Assembly: GCA_043822705.1 (NCBI GenBank)
Contig: JBDRBK010000154.1
Location: 1 to 44,224 of the forward strand
Direction of reading: 5' to 3'
Source of the DNA: Fidelibacterota bacterium
Lineage (GTDB): Bacteria; Fidelibacterota; Marinisomatia; Marinisomatales; TCS56
Length of the DNA stretch: 44,224 nucleotides
Shown: one piece after another, positions 10,098 through 20,112 of the stretch
How positions within the stretch are numbered: position 1 is the first letter of the stretch
How the letters are laid out: every line of letters starts with the position of its first letter
Made by a program: the position numbers and the translations under genes
Notes under the pieces: model-generated
The model's input: the letters and a program-made list of their open reading frames with translations, nothing else
What the model was told of the DNA's origin: nothing
The model's database searches: none

Positions 10098-10718
10098 ATG
10101 GTAAACTACTTCTTGCAGGGTGGTGCGTTTATGTACCCTATTTTAGGGTTTTTCATCTTCGGGTTGGCTTTTTCGTTTGAAAGGCTCTACTCCCTGACGA
10201 TGTCATCCATCAATGCAAAGAAATTCCTGAAAGAAATCAATGAAGCCCTGGATGCCGGCGACGTGGACAGTGCGGTTGAGCTATGCAATAAAACCCGCGG
10301 CCCGGTGGCGGAAATTTTCCATGCCGGCCTGACCCGGATCAATCGCGGCATTGTCGAGGTGGAAAAGGCTATTCAGAACGCCGGTACGCTGGAAATGGCC
10401 TTCCTGGAAAAAAATATGATCTGGCTGAATGCTACGATCACTGTCGCTCCGATGCTTGGGTTTACCGGAACGGTTGTCGGTATGATCAAAGCCTTCGACG
10501 ATATTAAAAAGATGAATGATATTTCACCGGCGGTTGTAGCCGACGGTATTTCCATTGCCCTGTTGACGACCGCTTTCGGTCTGATCGTTGCCATTATTAT
10601 TCAGTTCTTCCAGAATTTCTTTGTATCGCGCATCGACAAACTGATCCTCGATATGGAAGAAAATTCGGTTCTGCTGATTGATCGCCTGGTCGAACTCGAG
10701 AGCAAAAAGAAACAGTAA
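10098..10718 (+). CDS. exbB: MotA/TolQ/ExbB proton channel protein
   Basis: APMLGFTGTVVGMIKAF and GISIALLTTAFGLIVAI; adjacent to exbD and tonB. Confidence 0.92.
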   Translation: MVNYFLQGGAFMYPILGFFIFGLAFSFERLYSLTMSSINAKKFLKEINEALDAGDVDSAVELCNKTRGPVAEIFHAGLTRINRGIVEVEKAIQNAGTLEMAFLEKNMIWLNATITVAPMLGFTGTVVGMIKAFDDIKKMNDISPAVVADGISIALLTTAFGLIVAIIIQFFQNFFVSRIDKLILDMEENSVLLIDRLVELESKKKQ

Positions 10719-10723
10719 TCGCC

Positions 10724-11116
10724 ATGCTGAAAAAACGCAGGTTCAAGGGGGGCGATATTCCGACGTCATCGATGTCGGATATTGCTTTCCTGTTACTGGT
10801 TTTCTTTCTGGTCACGACCACGATCGATATGGATAAGGGTCTTGGCATTGTGTTGCCGGCCGAGGGCGAGACCTTCGAAATGCATCAGAGCAATATTCTG
10901 AACTGCCTGATCAACTCGACCGGGGGTGTACTGCTAGGCGATGAACCGGTCAACGTGAAGGACGTCAGTCGCCTGGTCCGGGAAAAAATGGCCCTGAATG
11001 AAAATCTGATCGTGTCGGTAAAGTCCCATGAGCGGACCAGTTATGAGGATTATATCCGCGTCATCGACCAGTTAAAAATCGCTCAGGCCAAAATATCAAT
11101 TGCTGAGACCGGCTGA
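10724..11116 (+). CDS. exbD: Biopolymer transport protein ExbD/TolR
   Basis: SMSDIAFLLLVFFLVTT transmembrane helix with the conserved Asp. Confidence 0.92.
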   Translation: MLKKRRFKGGDIPTSSMSDIAFLLLVFFLVTTTIDMDKGLGIVLPAEGETFEMHQSNILNCLINSTGGVLLGDEPVNVKDVSRLVREKMALNENLIVSVKSHERTSYEDYIRVIDQLKIAQAKISIAETG

Positions 11117-11526
11117 TGAAACTGAAAAAGAAAACCAAGGTTTCCAGCGAGATACCAACCTCGTCGATGCCAGATATTATCTTCATGCTGCTGATTTTCT
11201 TCATGGTGACCACCGTGCTGCGGACCTATTCCGGTCTACCGATCGAGCTGCCGCGAGCCAAGAAAATCTCCGGACTCAAATCGAAGCGTCAGACCGCCCA
11301 CATCTGGGTTTCAAAAGACGGCCTGATTTCCATCGAAGATAAAATTCACAAGGTCGATGACGTCCGCTGGACGATCTACAATAAAAGAGCGGCCGAGTAC
11401 AACCTGACGGTTTCCCTGAAAGCCGATAAGGATTCGCGGATGGGCCTGATTGTGGCGGTCCAAAATGAATTGCGCAAAGCCGACGCTTTGAAATTAAATT
11501 ACTCAACCTTAACGGCAGTGGATTAG
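11116..11526 (+). CDS. exbD: Biopolymer transport protein ExbD/TolR (second copy)
   Basis: SMPDIIFMLLIFFMVTT and LKADKDSRMG; translational coupling (TGATG). Confidence 0.92.
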   Translation: MKLKKKTKVSSEIPTSSMPDIIFMLLIFFMVTTVLRTYSGLPIELPRAKKISGLKSKRQTAHIWVSKDGLISIEDKIHKVDDVRWTIYNKRAAEYNLTVSLKADKDSRMGLIVAVQNELRKADALKLNYSTLTAVD

Positions 11527-11529
11527 ACC

Positions 11530-12174
11530 GTGTTTTTACGTGAAGAAAACTCCGCTTCTCTGAAATACCGCTATCCGATAACAATCCGCGTCACTACCTT
11601 ATTAGGGGTGGCCGTAATTACATTCGGATTTTTGATTTTTCCGCGTTTCATTCATAAAGCGGTATTGAAAAATGTCGATATTCAAATAATCGAGTTTGAG
11701 AAAATCCCCGAAACACAGCAGATTGACCGACCACCGCCACCGGCCCGGCCCTCGATTCCGATCGCATCGGAGAGCGAGGATATCGCTGAAGATGTGGTGA
11801 TGGAAGAATTCTCGTTCGATGAATTCGAAGCCTGGGATGCTCCACCGCCACCGCCGGAAGGACCGCGGGTTAAATTTATACCCTACGACGATCCACCGGA
11901 ACCGATCGGTGGTTATGGCGCCATTCAGGCGAATGTCAAGTATCCGGAAATCGCCCAGGAAGCCGGGATCGAAGGAACTGTCATCGTGCAGGCTTTCATC
12001 GATAAAAGCGGCAAGGTTACCGATACGGTAATCCTCCGCGGGATTCCCAACACCGGTCTGGACGAAGCCGCCATGGACGCCATCCGCCAAACCCGCTTCA
12101 AACCCGCCAAACAGCGCGACCGGGCTGTCGGCGTCTGGATTTCCATACCAGTCAATTTTAAACTGCGAAATTAG
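11530..12174 (+). CDS. tonB: Energy transducer TonB
   Basis: N-terminal TM helix, Pro-rich linker, TonB_C domain (YPEIAQEAGIEGTV...FKPAKQ...IPVNFKL). Confidence 0.9.
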   Translation: MFLREENSASLKYRYPITIRVTTLLGVAVITFGFLIFPRFIHKAVLKNVDIQIIEFEKIPETQQIDRPPPPARPSIPIASESEDIAEDVVMEEFSFDEFEAWDAPPPPPEGPRVKFIPYDDPPEPIGGYGAIQANVKYPEIAQEAGIEGTVIVQAFIDKSGKVTDTVILRGIPNTGLDEAAMDAIRQTRFKPAKQRDRAVGVWISIPVNFKLRN

Positions 12175-12181
12175 TTGCGAT

Positions 12182-12226
12182 TGTGTTTACCCATGGTGTA
12201 TCATAGATATGCCATGGGTAAACACA
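12182..12226. promoter_or_regulatory. Long inverted repeat/hairpin between the tonB copies
   Basis: TGTGTTTACCCATGG (12182-12196) pairs perfectly with CCATGGGTAAACACA (12212-12226) and extends 6 bp further with two G-U pairs. Confidence 0.75.
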
Positions 12227-12860
12227 TAAATAACACAATCTCAGTCAAATCTCAGTATCTGCTCACTACCGCCTCTCGCTGCTGTTCAGCATTCTTATTC
12301 TCACTGTCGCTTTCGTCGCGGCACCACACTTCACAATTCAGTCCAATTTCTTTACTGCAAAACCGGTGATAAACGATCCAATCGTATTTGAATCCCCACC
12401 GCCTACGAAACAGCTGGAAAGAACCAGGCCGGAATTGCCACCGGTTTTCACAGTGTCTGAAAATCCTGATTTAATCGACGATCTTCCGACCAATATTTTT
12501 GATCCGGAAATCTACGTGTCGTCGACCACTATCGAAGCACCGGTAGGACCGGCCCCCGATTTTGTCGCCTACGATCAGGCGCCGCAACTAATCGGGGGAA
12601 ACGCCGCTCTGGCCAGCGTGATCAAATATCCGCCCATCGCCCGTGAGGCCGGAATCGAAGGTGTCGTTACCGTCAAGATCTTCATCGATAAAACCGGAAA
12701 GGTAACCAAGGCCTACATACTAAAAAGCACTGTTCCCGATACCGGTCTTGATGAAGCTGCGCTGGCAGCGGTATACGCCACGAACTGGAAACCAGCCCGG
12801 CAGCGCGAGGAACCAGTGGGCGTCTGGTTGGCGATCCCGATTAATTTTGTGCTGAATTAA
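12214..12860 (+). pseudogene. tonB: Second TonB paralog with an apparent 1-nt frameshift near 12270 (pseudogene or assembly error)
   Basis: One frame gives MGKHINNTISVKSQYLLTT. The other frame continues RLSLLFSILILTVAFVAAPHF (TM helix) into TonB_C (YPPIAREAGIEGVV...IPINFVLN). The joined sequence is colinear with the upstream TonB. Confidence 0.8.
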
Positions 12861-12933
12861 CTTTTCGGCAACCAATAATTAGCAATAGCGGGAGCAGCGA
12901 GTCACAGCCAGATTACACAATAGACCGGTCAAT

Positions 12934-12969
12934 AATACAAGCGGGTGGCACAGGCCACCCGTTTGTATT
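12934..12969. terminator. Probable bidirectional intrinsic terminator between convergent tonB and frdB
   Basis: AATACAAGCGGGTGGC-ACAG-GCCACCCGTTTGTATT stem-loop. Confidence 0.75.
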
Positions 12970-12993
12970 TAATATAGTCTACCGTCGTCCGCT

Positions 12994-13719
12994 TCAGATT
13001 TTAATGGCAATCCCGCTGATTGTACGCCGAATATAGGCGAAAACCTCCAGCAGCGGCAGGTCTTTCGGACAAACATCGTCGCAGGCCATCATACCGATAC
13101 AGCCGAAAATACCTTCATCGGTGGAAACCAGCTCGAACCATTCCTGGTCGCCGCGCTCGTCCCGGGGATCGAACAGGAACCGGCCGATGCGATTGAGTCC
13201 GGCGGCGCCGATGAAATTGGGATAAACCTGGGCCGTGGCGCAGCCGGCGATGCAGCAACCACATTCGATACAGCGTTCCGATTCATATACTTTAATGGCT
13301 GTTTCGTTGTCCATCCGTTCTTCGATTGCCGTTGGGTCGAACTCCTTCCGGGAGTGAATCCAGGATTCCAGCCGTTCGCCCATCTGCCGGAACCAGACGC
13401 CGGTATCGACGGACAGGTCTCCCAACAGTTTGAAAAACGGCAGCGGAAACAATTCGATCGTGTCCGGTAAATCCGCCGTCAGCGTGCGGCAGGCCAGGGT
13501 CGGCCGGCCGTTGATCATCATCGCACAGGAACCGCAGATGCCGGCGCGACAGACAAAATCGAACATCAGGTCCGGCGCTTGTTTTTCACGGATCCTGTTC
13601 AGCGCGGAAAACACATTCAATCGCGGTACTTCCTCTAATTGATAGGTTTCCACATGGGGCTGATCGTTTTCTTTGGTTGGATTGTAGCGGAAGATTTTGA
13701 AAGTCAATAACCGTCCCAT
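12994..13719 (-). CDS. frdB: Fumarate reductase/succinate dehydrogenase iron-sulfur subunit
   Basis: CRAGICGSC...LAC, CIECGCCIAGC and GCIGMMACDDVCP cluster motifs; Wolinella/Desulfovibrio type. Confidence 0.95.
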   Translation of the reverse strand: MGRLLTFKIFRYNPTKENDQPHVETYQLEEVPRLNVFSALNRIREKQAPDLMFDFVCRAGICGSCAMMINGRPTLACRTLTADLPDTIELFPLPFFKLLGDLSVDTGVWFRQMGERLESWIHSRKEFDPTAIEERMDNETAIKVYESERCIECGCCIAGCATAQVYPNFIGAAGLNRIGRFLFDPRDERGDQEWFELVSTDEGIFGCIGMMACDDVCPKDLPLLEVFAYIRRTISGIAIKI

Positions 13720-13723
13720 AGCC

Positions 13724-15667
13724 TTACTCCTTTCCCTTCAACTCAGCCCGCCAGGCTTCTTTCGGTAATTTCGTTCCCGTCGGTTCCAGCGGATCCAGCC
13801 GGCCTTTGGCCTTCTGCCCCGGATCGACACTCTGATTATATTCCTCGATCGAGATGCCCATATCGATCATCTGACCGCCGCCGTAACCGCGGTCACCGGG
13901 GGGCAGGTCCAGCAGACCCACCGGTTCATATTCGAAGGCCGGGTCCGGCTCGCCTTCCTGCCAGCGCACCAATGTGCGATTCAACCAGTTCTTGTCGTCA
14001 CGGGCAGGATAATCTTCGCGGTAATGAGCGCCACGGGATTCGGTCCGCTCCAGTGCGCCCTTTGCAATCACATAGGCCTGTTTGGCCATACCTTCGATCC
14101 GCAAGGCAATCGACAATTCCGGATTCATGCCCGGCGCCGTAGTACGCACTTTGACTTTCTGCGTGCGCTCCACGATGGCCTTCAATTCATCAACGGCAGT
14201 CTTAAGCCCTTCGCCGGTACGGAAGATATGGACATCTTTGGTCAGGATGCGCCCGATGTCATCCCGCAGTTCGTACACGTTTTCCTGGCCGTCACCATCT
14301 AACAGGGCAGCGATTTTAGCCTTTTCCTTTCCGGCGGCAGCCTGAACCAGGTGCAGGTCGGCAACCAGATCGGCCTTCCGGGCGTACTGGGCTACCCGTT
14401 CGCCGATCACCATGCCTGCCACCACTGTTTCCGCCAGCGAATTACCGCCCAGACGATTGAAGCCGTGCATGTCCCAGCAGGCCACTTCACCCAGAGCGAA
14501 CAGGCCTTCCATATTATAAGCATGACCGTCCTTGTTGACGCGGATGCCGCCCATGGAATAATGCTGAGTCGGTCGCACCGGCACCAGTTCGGTGATCGGG
14601 TTGACGCCGATGAAATACATACAGATATCGTACACTTCGCGCAGCTTGGTCGTGAGATGGTGCTCGCCCAGGTGGCGCAGGTCCAGCCAGAGATGTTCGC
14701 CAAAATCTGACTTCACACCCTTGCCTTTGAGGATGTGTTCCTTCATCCGGCGGGACACCACATCGCGGGAGGCCAGTTCCATTTTTTCCGGCTCGTAATC
14801 GGGCATGAAACGGTAGCCGTCCACATCCAGCAGCAGACCGCCGTCGCCGCGGCAACCCTCGGTCACCAGAATATCGGTGGGCACAATGCCGGTGGGATGA
14901 ACCTGCACCGCTTCCATGTTACCCAGGGGAACCACGCCGGTCTGCAGGGCCAGCCAGGAGCCGGTCCCCTCATTGATTACGGCATTGGTGGATTCGCCAT
15001 AAATACGACCGTAACCGCCGGTGGCGATTACCGTGGCCTTGGCCAGGTAAGCCAGGATTTCACCATCGCGCAACGAGCGGACGATCGCCCCCAGGCAACG
15101 CCCGTCGTGTTGAATCAACCGGATCGCTTCCATCCGGTCGTGAACCGGGATGCCGAGCTGCAATACCATATTGTCCATGGTGTACAGCACGGTGTGGCCG
15201 GTGCCGTCGGCGGTGTAACAGGTGCGCCATTTGGCGGTACCGCCGAAAGCCCGCGAGGTGATCAATCCTTCGTTGGCAAAATCTTCTTCAATCTCGGCTT
15301 TTTTCCCCTTTATAAAAACCTGCTGCTTGCCACCTTTGACGCGGTTCCAGGGTACGCCGAAATGAGCCATTTCGCGCATGGCGATGGGGGCATTATCGGC
15401 GAAAATGCGGGCCACCTCCTGATCGCAGCCCCAATCCGAGCCCTTGACCGTATCCAGCCAGTGGACGGTGGCGTTGTCGCCTTTGCTCATGACCGTATTG
15501 GCCAGGGCCGCCTGCATACCGCCCTGAGCGGCCGAGGAGTGGCTGCGGCGCGGCGGCACCAGCGACAAAATCGTCACATCCAGGCCATACTTGGCGCAGG
15601 CGATGGCGGTGCGTTCGCCAGCCAGACCGGCACCAACGACCAGAACGTCACTATTGATTACCCTCAT
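13724..15667 (-). CDS. frdA: Fumarate reductase flavoprotein subunit
   Basis: GAGLAG, RSHSSAAQGG (His-FAD), TEGCRGDGG, ELASRDVV, HYSMGG, RLGGNSL. True start is MRVINSDV at 15667, an ATGA overlap with the frdC stop. Confidence 0.95.
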   Translation of the reverse strand: MRVINSDVLVVGAGLAGERTAIACAKYGLDVTILSLVPPRRSHSSAAQGGMQAALANTVMSKGDNATVHWLDTVKGSDWGCDQEVARIFADNAPIAMREMAHFGVPWNRVKGGKQQVFIKGKKAEIEEDFANEGLITSRAFGGTAKWRTCYTADGTGHTVLYTMDNMVLQLGIPVHDRMEAIRLIQHDGRCLGAIVRSLRDGEILAYLAKATVIATGGYGRIYGESTNAVINEGTGSWLALQTGVVPLGNMEAVQVHPTGIVPTDILVTEGCRGDGGLLLDVDGYRFMPDYEPEKMELASRDVVSRRMKEHILKGKGVKSDFGEHLWLDLRHLGEHHLTTKLREVYDICMYFIGVNPITELVPVRPTQHYSMGGIRVNKDGHAYNMEGLFALGEVACWDMHGFNRLGGNSLAETVVAGMVIGERVAQYARKADLVADLHLVQAAAGKEKAKIAALLDGDGQENVYELRDDIGRILTKDVHIFRTGEGLKTAVDELKAIVERTQKVKVRTTAPGMNPELSIALRIEGMAKQAYVIAKGALERTESRGAHYREDYPARDDKNWLNRTLVRWQEGEPDPAFEYEPVGLLDLPPGDRGYGGGQMIDMGISIEEYNQSVDPGQKAKGRLDPLEPTGTKLPKEAWRAELKGKE

Positions 15668-16452
15668 GACAGCACTCCTTCCCAGGGACCGGCCAGACCA
15701 AGCGTGGTGGCGGCGCCAACGATGATAAAGAACCATAACAAAAAGTAGAATACGATCCGGGCGTATTTGCGCACGAACCAGGTATCGGCCAGCCATTTCA
15801 CCAACAGGCGATAAACGCCGATGGCCATGTGCACGACGACTGTTGTCATCAGAATCAGGTACAATATCCACAAGCCGCTTTCGACGCGGGATACAGCGAT
15901 TTCAGCCGAAATTCCCGGCTGCTGGCCGACGATACCCATTCCAGTAAAAACGTTCCAGGTCACCAGCACCAGATGAAAGGCGCCGGCCGCCAGCACTATC
16001 ATGCCGGTACGAACTTGCCAGATCCACAGGGAGGTTTCGAAATGTTTGCGCAAACGGATGTCCGATTTAGGATCCTGTTGCCAGTGCCCGGTAGCTTTTT
16101 TTATGCTCAAACCAAGTTCCAGCATTTTTTTCCGTTCCTGCAGCTTGCCGGGAATCTTGCGGCTGGCCCAGACGAAATGAAAGAAGAAGATCGTCCCGAC
16201 CACGATTACTGCCACATGGGCCAGGGGCAGTGGATGCTCCAACAGCAGCGCCAGCTTATCATAGGCCGCCCGGCCGAACAGAATCGAGCTTTCAAACAGC
16301 AAATGAAACCAGATAAAAGCCGCTAAGATCGCACCGGTCGCACCACTGATCCATTCGTCGCGGATGGCTTTGCGGGCTAGGCGGTAGGCTTCGCTGGTTT
16401 TCCCGTGGCGCGATACCGCGCCGGGATAGAGTTCGGTTTCCAACGGTGTCAT
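15664..16452 (-). CDS. frdC: Fumarate reductase di-heme cytochrome b subunit (5 TM, type B anchor)
   Basis: Four heme His ligands (WFHLL, FFHFV, AFHLV, VVHMAIGVYRL.VKW); SRKIP and HFETSLWIWQVRTG motifs; operon context. Confidence 0.9.
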   Translation of the reverse strand: MTPLETELYPGAVSRHGKTSEAYRLARKAIRDEWISGATGAILAAFIWFHLLFESSILFGRAAYDKLALLLEHPLPLAHVAVIVVGTIFFFHFVWASRKIPGKLQERKKMLELGLSIKKATGHWQQDPKSDIRLRKHFETSLWIWQVRTGMIVLAAGAFHLVLVTWNVFTGMGIVGQQPGISAEIAVSRVESGLWILYLILMTTVVVHMAIGVYRLLVKWLADTWFVRKYARIVFYFLLWFFIIVGAATTLGLAGPWEGVLS

Positions 16453-16582
16453 TCTAAACTCCTTTTAGCATGATAAAATCCAAAGAAAAATTAATGAGCG
16501 ACCGCTCTATTTACAGCGAAAAAGTCGACCGTCATAAAAATAATCAGCCGCGGATAAGCAGCTCCCGAACTCGCCGGTCAGA

Positions 16583-19207
16583 TCAACTGTCTCCGGCCTC
16601 CTCTGGTTTGACTATGCTAAACTCCAATTGACCGGCCGCGACTCCGATCGACACCATCATGCCGGGTTGCAACAGACCCGCCAGAACCAGTTCCGACAGC
16701 CGGTTGGCGATTGATTGCTGAATCAGGCGTTTGATCGGCCGGGCGCCAAAAGCCGGATCGTACCCTTTACGGGCCAGGTAATCAACGGCAGCGTCAGCTA
16801 CCACGAGCGTTATTTTCTGGTTCGCCAGCCGCCGATTCAACCGTTTCAACTGGATTCGCACGATATCACGGATCAGTTCGGCGGTCAACGGCCGAAAAAC
16901 CACTATATCGTCGACACGATTCAGAAATTCCGGCCGCAGGACCTGTTTCAGTGTCAACAACGTTTCCCTGCGGATTTCCTCATACAGTTGGCCATTGTCG
17001 GCACCGGCTTGTTCCATTTTTTCCATGATCCGGCCCGAACCCAGGTTAGAGGTCATGATTATCAGCGTATTCTTGAAATTGACAACCCGGCCCTGGCCGT
17101 CGGTCAGTCGGCCATCCTCGAGAATTTGCAACAAAATGTTAAATACGTCCGGATGGGCTTTTTCCACCTCGTCCAGCAGAATTACCGAATATGGTTTGCA
17201 CCGAACGGCTTCGGTCAATTGGCCGCCTTCGTCGTAGCCAACGTAGCCGGGCGGCGCACCGATCAGGCGGCTGACGGCATGGCGTTCCATATATTCACTC
17301 ATATCCAGCCGGATTATGTTTTGCTCGTCATCAAACAGGTTTTCGGCCAGGGCCCGCGCCAGCTCGGTTTTTCCAACACCGGTGGAACCGACAAATATGA
17401 ATGACCCTATCGGCCGTTCCTCATCCTGCAGACCGGCCTTGGAACGGCGCACGGCATTACTTACGACGGACAGGGCCTCTTCCTGACCGACCACCCGTCG
17501 CCGTAGTGCAGCTTCCAGCGCCAGCAATTTCTGGCGTTCCGTTTCCACCAGCCGGCTGACCGGAATACGGGTCCAGCGACTGACCACTTCGGCAATGTCT
17601 TCGGCGGTGATTTCCTCCCGCAGCAGACCGCCGCTTTGCTTGACGCGCGCCGATTCCGCTAAAAGTTCATGCAATTCTTTATCGACAGCGACACGCTCGC
17701 CGTGAATAATCCGCGCGGCCCGCTCATAATTTCCCTGGCGTTGCGCCTGTTCGGCCTCCACCTGCAACCCTTCCAGCCGGTCCTTCAGGGTTTGGATCTG
17801 CTTCAGGTTCGCCCGCTCTTCGTCCCAGCGTCCTCTGAGCGCAATGGTGTCCGCGCGCAGGTCGGCAATTTCTTTTTCCAGTTTTCGGAGCCGCTCGCGG
17901 GAGTCCGCATCCTGCTCGTTTTTCAATGATTCGCGTTCCACTTCCAGATGAATCAACTGCCGTTGCCGGATATCGAGTTCTTCGGGAACGGAATTGATCT
18001 CCACCCGCAAATGACTGCAAGCTTCATCCACCAGGTCGATCGCCTTATCCGGCAGAAACCGATCGGCGATGTAGCGGTGGGACAATTCCGCCGCCGCCAC
18101 CAAAGCACCATCACGAATTTTGACGCCGTGGAAAATTTCATATTTTTCCCGGATACCACGCAGAATCGCGATCGTATCCTCCACCGACGGCTCTTCCACT
18201 TGGATCGGCTGAAACCGCCGTTCCAGCGCCGCGTCCTTCTCGATGTACTTGCGATACTCGTCCAGCGTGGTAGCACCCACGACCTGCAATTCGCCACGGG
18301 CCAATGACGGTTTTAAAATATTGCCGGCATCCATGGCGCCTTCGGCGGCACCTGCTCCCACAACCGTATGTAATTCATCGATAAACAGGATAATTTTTCC
18401 AGCGGCTGATTCGACTTCCTTCAACACCGCTTTTAAGCGTTCCTCAAATTCACCACGGAACTTGGCGCCGGCGATCAGGGCTGCCAGATCGAGGTCGACC
18501 ATTCGTTTGTCCTGCATCCCGTCCGGCACATCGCCACTGACGATCCGCTGGGCGATTCCTTCGGCAATGGCGGTCTTGCCTACGCCCGGGTCACCGATCA
18601 GCACCGGGTTGTTTTTCTTGCGCCGATTCAATACCTGCAGCACGCGGCGGATTTCATCGTCCCGACCAATAACCGGATCGATTTTCCCCTGACGGGCCAA
18701 GTCTGTGAGGTCCCGGGAAAACCGCGTCAGTGCTTCATATTTACCTTCCGGTTCCTGATCGACCACCCGCTGATTGCCGCGAATGTCCCGCAGGATTTTC
18801 AGCAGTGCGCTATATTCGAGACCGTTGCTCCGTAGCCAATCGCCGATAAAATCCTTCTGCTGGGCCGCAGCCAGCCAGAAATGCTCGATCGAGACAAATT
18901 CATCTTTCAGGGCAGCGGCTTCCTTTTCGGCGGCGCGGACCAGTTTTTCCAATTCCTGGGCGGCATAGGTCTGACCGCCGGCCACCCGCGCCTGCTGGCC
19001 TAATTCATGCTCAATCATACCCTGCAGACTGACGGCCTCCGCCCCGGCCCGTTTAATAATCCGGTGAGTCAGTCCCTCACGATCCTGCAGAAATGCCAGT
19101 GCCAGGTGTGGCCACACCAACGCCTGGTGCTCCCGGTCGGCGGCAATCCGCAGCGCCGTTTCCAGGGCGGTTTGAACTTTGGTGGTGAATTTTTGAAAAT
19201 TGATCAT
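16583..19207 (-). CDS. clpB: ATP-dependent chaperone ClpB
   Basis: Two AAA modules ([16 protein letters not shown]), a coiled-coil M-domain and [12 protein letters not shown] at 19207 is preceded by GGAG. Confidence 0.97.
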   Translation of the reverse strand: MINFQKFTTKVQTALETALRIAADREHQALVWPHLALAFLQDREGLTHRIIKRAGAEAVSLQGMIEHELGQQARVAGGQTYAAQELEKLVRAAEKEAAALKDEFVSIEHFWLAAAQQKDFIGDWLRSNGLEYSALLKILRDIRGNQRVVDQEPEGKYEALTRFSRDLTDLARQGKIDPVIGRDDEIRRVLQVLNRRKKNNPVLIGDPGVGKTAIAEGIAQRIVSGDVPDGMQDKRMVDLDLAALIAGAKFRGEFEERLKAVLKEVESAAGKIILFIDELHTVVGAGAAEGAMDAGNILKPSLARGELQVVGATTLDEYRKYIEKDAALERRFQPIQVEEPSVEDTIAILRGIREKYEIFHGVKIRDGALVAAAELSHRYIADRFLPDKAIDLVDEACSHLRVEINSVPEELDIRQRQLIHLEVERESLKNEQDADSRERLRKLEKEIADLRADTIALRGRWDEERANLKQIQTLKDRLEGLQVEAEQAQRQGNYERAARIIHGERVAVDKELHELLAESARVKQSGGLLREEITAEDIAEVVSRWTRIPVSRLVETERQKLLALEAALRRRVVGQEEALSVVSNAVRRSKAGLQDEERPIGSFIFVGSTGVGKTELARALAENLFDDEQNIIRLDMSEYMERHAVSRLIGAPPGYVGYDEGGQLTEAVRCKPYSVILLDEVEKAHPDVFNILLQILEDGRLTDGQGRVVNFKNTLIIMTSNLGSGRIMEKMEQAGADNGQLYEEIRRETLLTLKQVLRPEFLNRVDDIVVFRPLTAELIRDIVRIQLKRLNRRLANQKITLVVADAAVDYLARKGYDPAFGARPIKRLIQQSIANRLSELVLAGLLQPGMMVSIGVAAGQLEFSIVKPEEAGDS

Positions 19208-19395
19208 AAATCTACTCCACAATCTACCCGCAGCATCTCAAATTGTCGACCAATCCACCGAATTCGCCAGGATGACAAACCGCTTACCCGATAAATACGC
19301 TGGTTTGACAGAGCGGGTGATAAATCTGAAAAAACAGGAGATTTCCGGATAAAAACCACAGCGGCTATTTATCCGAAATCAGATGCTGAAATATA

Positions 19396-20112
19396 TTACC
19401 GGAGGGCCGCTTCCTCCGTCAGCCAATCGAAAATCCGGTGACTGGTTGCATCCGCCGGCTGTAATTCCGGGTGCCACTGGATGGCGATGAATGCCCGGGG
19501 ATTATATTTATCCTCGACTGCTTCGATCAGGCCGTCCTCACTCCAGGCCGCCGCGCGTAAATTTTCGCCCAGTCGCCGAATACCTTGGTGGTGGGTACTT
19601 GTGACTTGCATCTGTTCATCGCCCACTATCGAAAATAGCAGACTGTTACGATCGAGACGGACTGGGTGAATCATACAACCTTCATTCGAACACCGATGTT
19701 CGACGTCGGTCCGGACCTGCGACGGAATATCCTCATACAGGGTACCGCCGTATATCAGGTTGATCAACTGCAGGCCGGCACAGACCGCCAGCATCGGTTT
19801 TCCCTGCCGGAATGCTTCCAGAAACAGTGACCGGTCAAAAGCCAGACGTTGCGGTGCAATGATCTCATTCAATAGTTCGGGGTGCTCGCCGGCATACATG
19901 CTGCTGGGGAAATCGGGACCGCCCACCATCAAAATGCCATCGATCCGTTCCACGATTTCCGTCAGCGGTTCACCGTCCGGCGTATGATGTAGCGTCAACG
20001 GCAACCCGCCACTGTGCGTTATCGCATTGACGTAATCCTGTTTGGTGGCCATCCACCAATCGTCCCGGTAATTGAAATAATAGGGATTTATTCCAATCAG
20101 TGGTTTTACCAT
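19396..20112 (-). CDS. Gamma-glutamyl-gamma-aminobutyrate hydrolase family (peptidase C26, class I GATase fold)
   Basis: DGILMVGGPD, PMLAVCAGLQLIN (nucleophilic Cys), STHHQGI, IQWHPE. Confidence 0.88.
   Translation of the reverse strand: MVKPLIGINPYYFNYRDDWWMATKQDYVNAITHSGGLPLTLHHTPDGEPLTEIVERIDGILMVGGPDFPSSMYAGEHPELLNEIIAPQRLAFDRSLFLEAFRQGKPMLAVCAGLQLINLIYGGTLYEDIPSQVRTDVEHRCSNEGCMIHPVRLDRNSLLFSIVGDEQMQVTSTHHQGIRRLGENLRAAAWSEDGLIEAVEDKYNPRAFIAIQWHPELQPADATSHRIFDWLTEEAALR

Noticed and set aside
10098..12174. exbB-exbD-exbD-tonB as a novel motor
   Set aside because: This arrangement is common in FCB-group bacteria.
14735..15748. 337-aa antisense ORF over frdA (and similar ones over clpB, ctpA, tnaA and motAB)
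   Set aside because: Antisense shadows of well-supported genes; no independent coding evidence.
15668..15871. N-terminal extension of FrdA in the ORF track
   Set aside because: It overlaps frdC. The FAD-binding fold starts at MRVINSDV (15667), with an ATGA coupling and an upstream GGAG.
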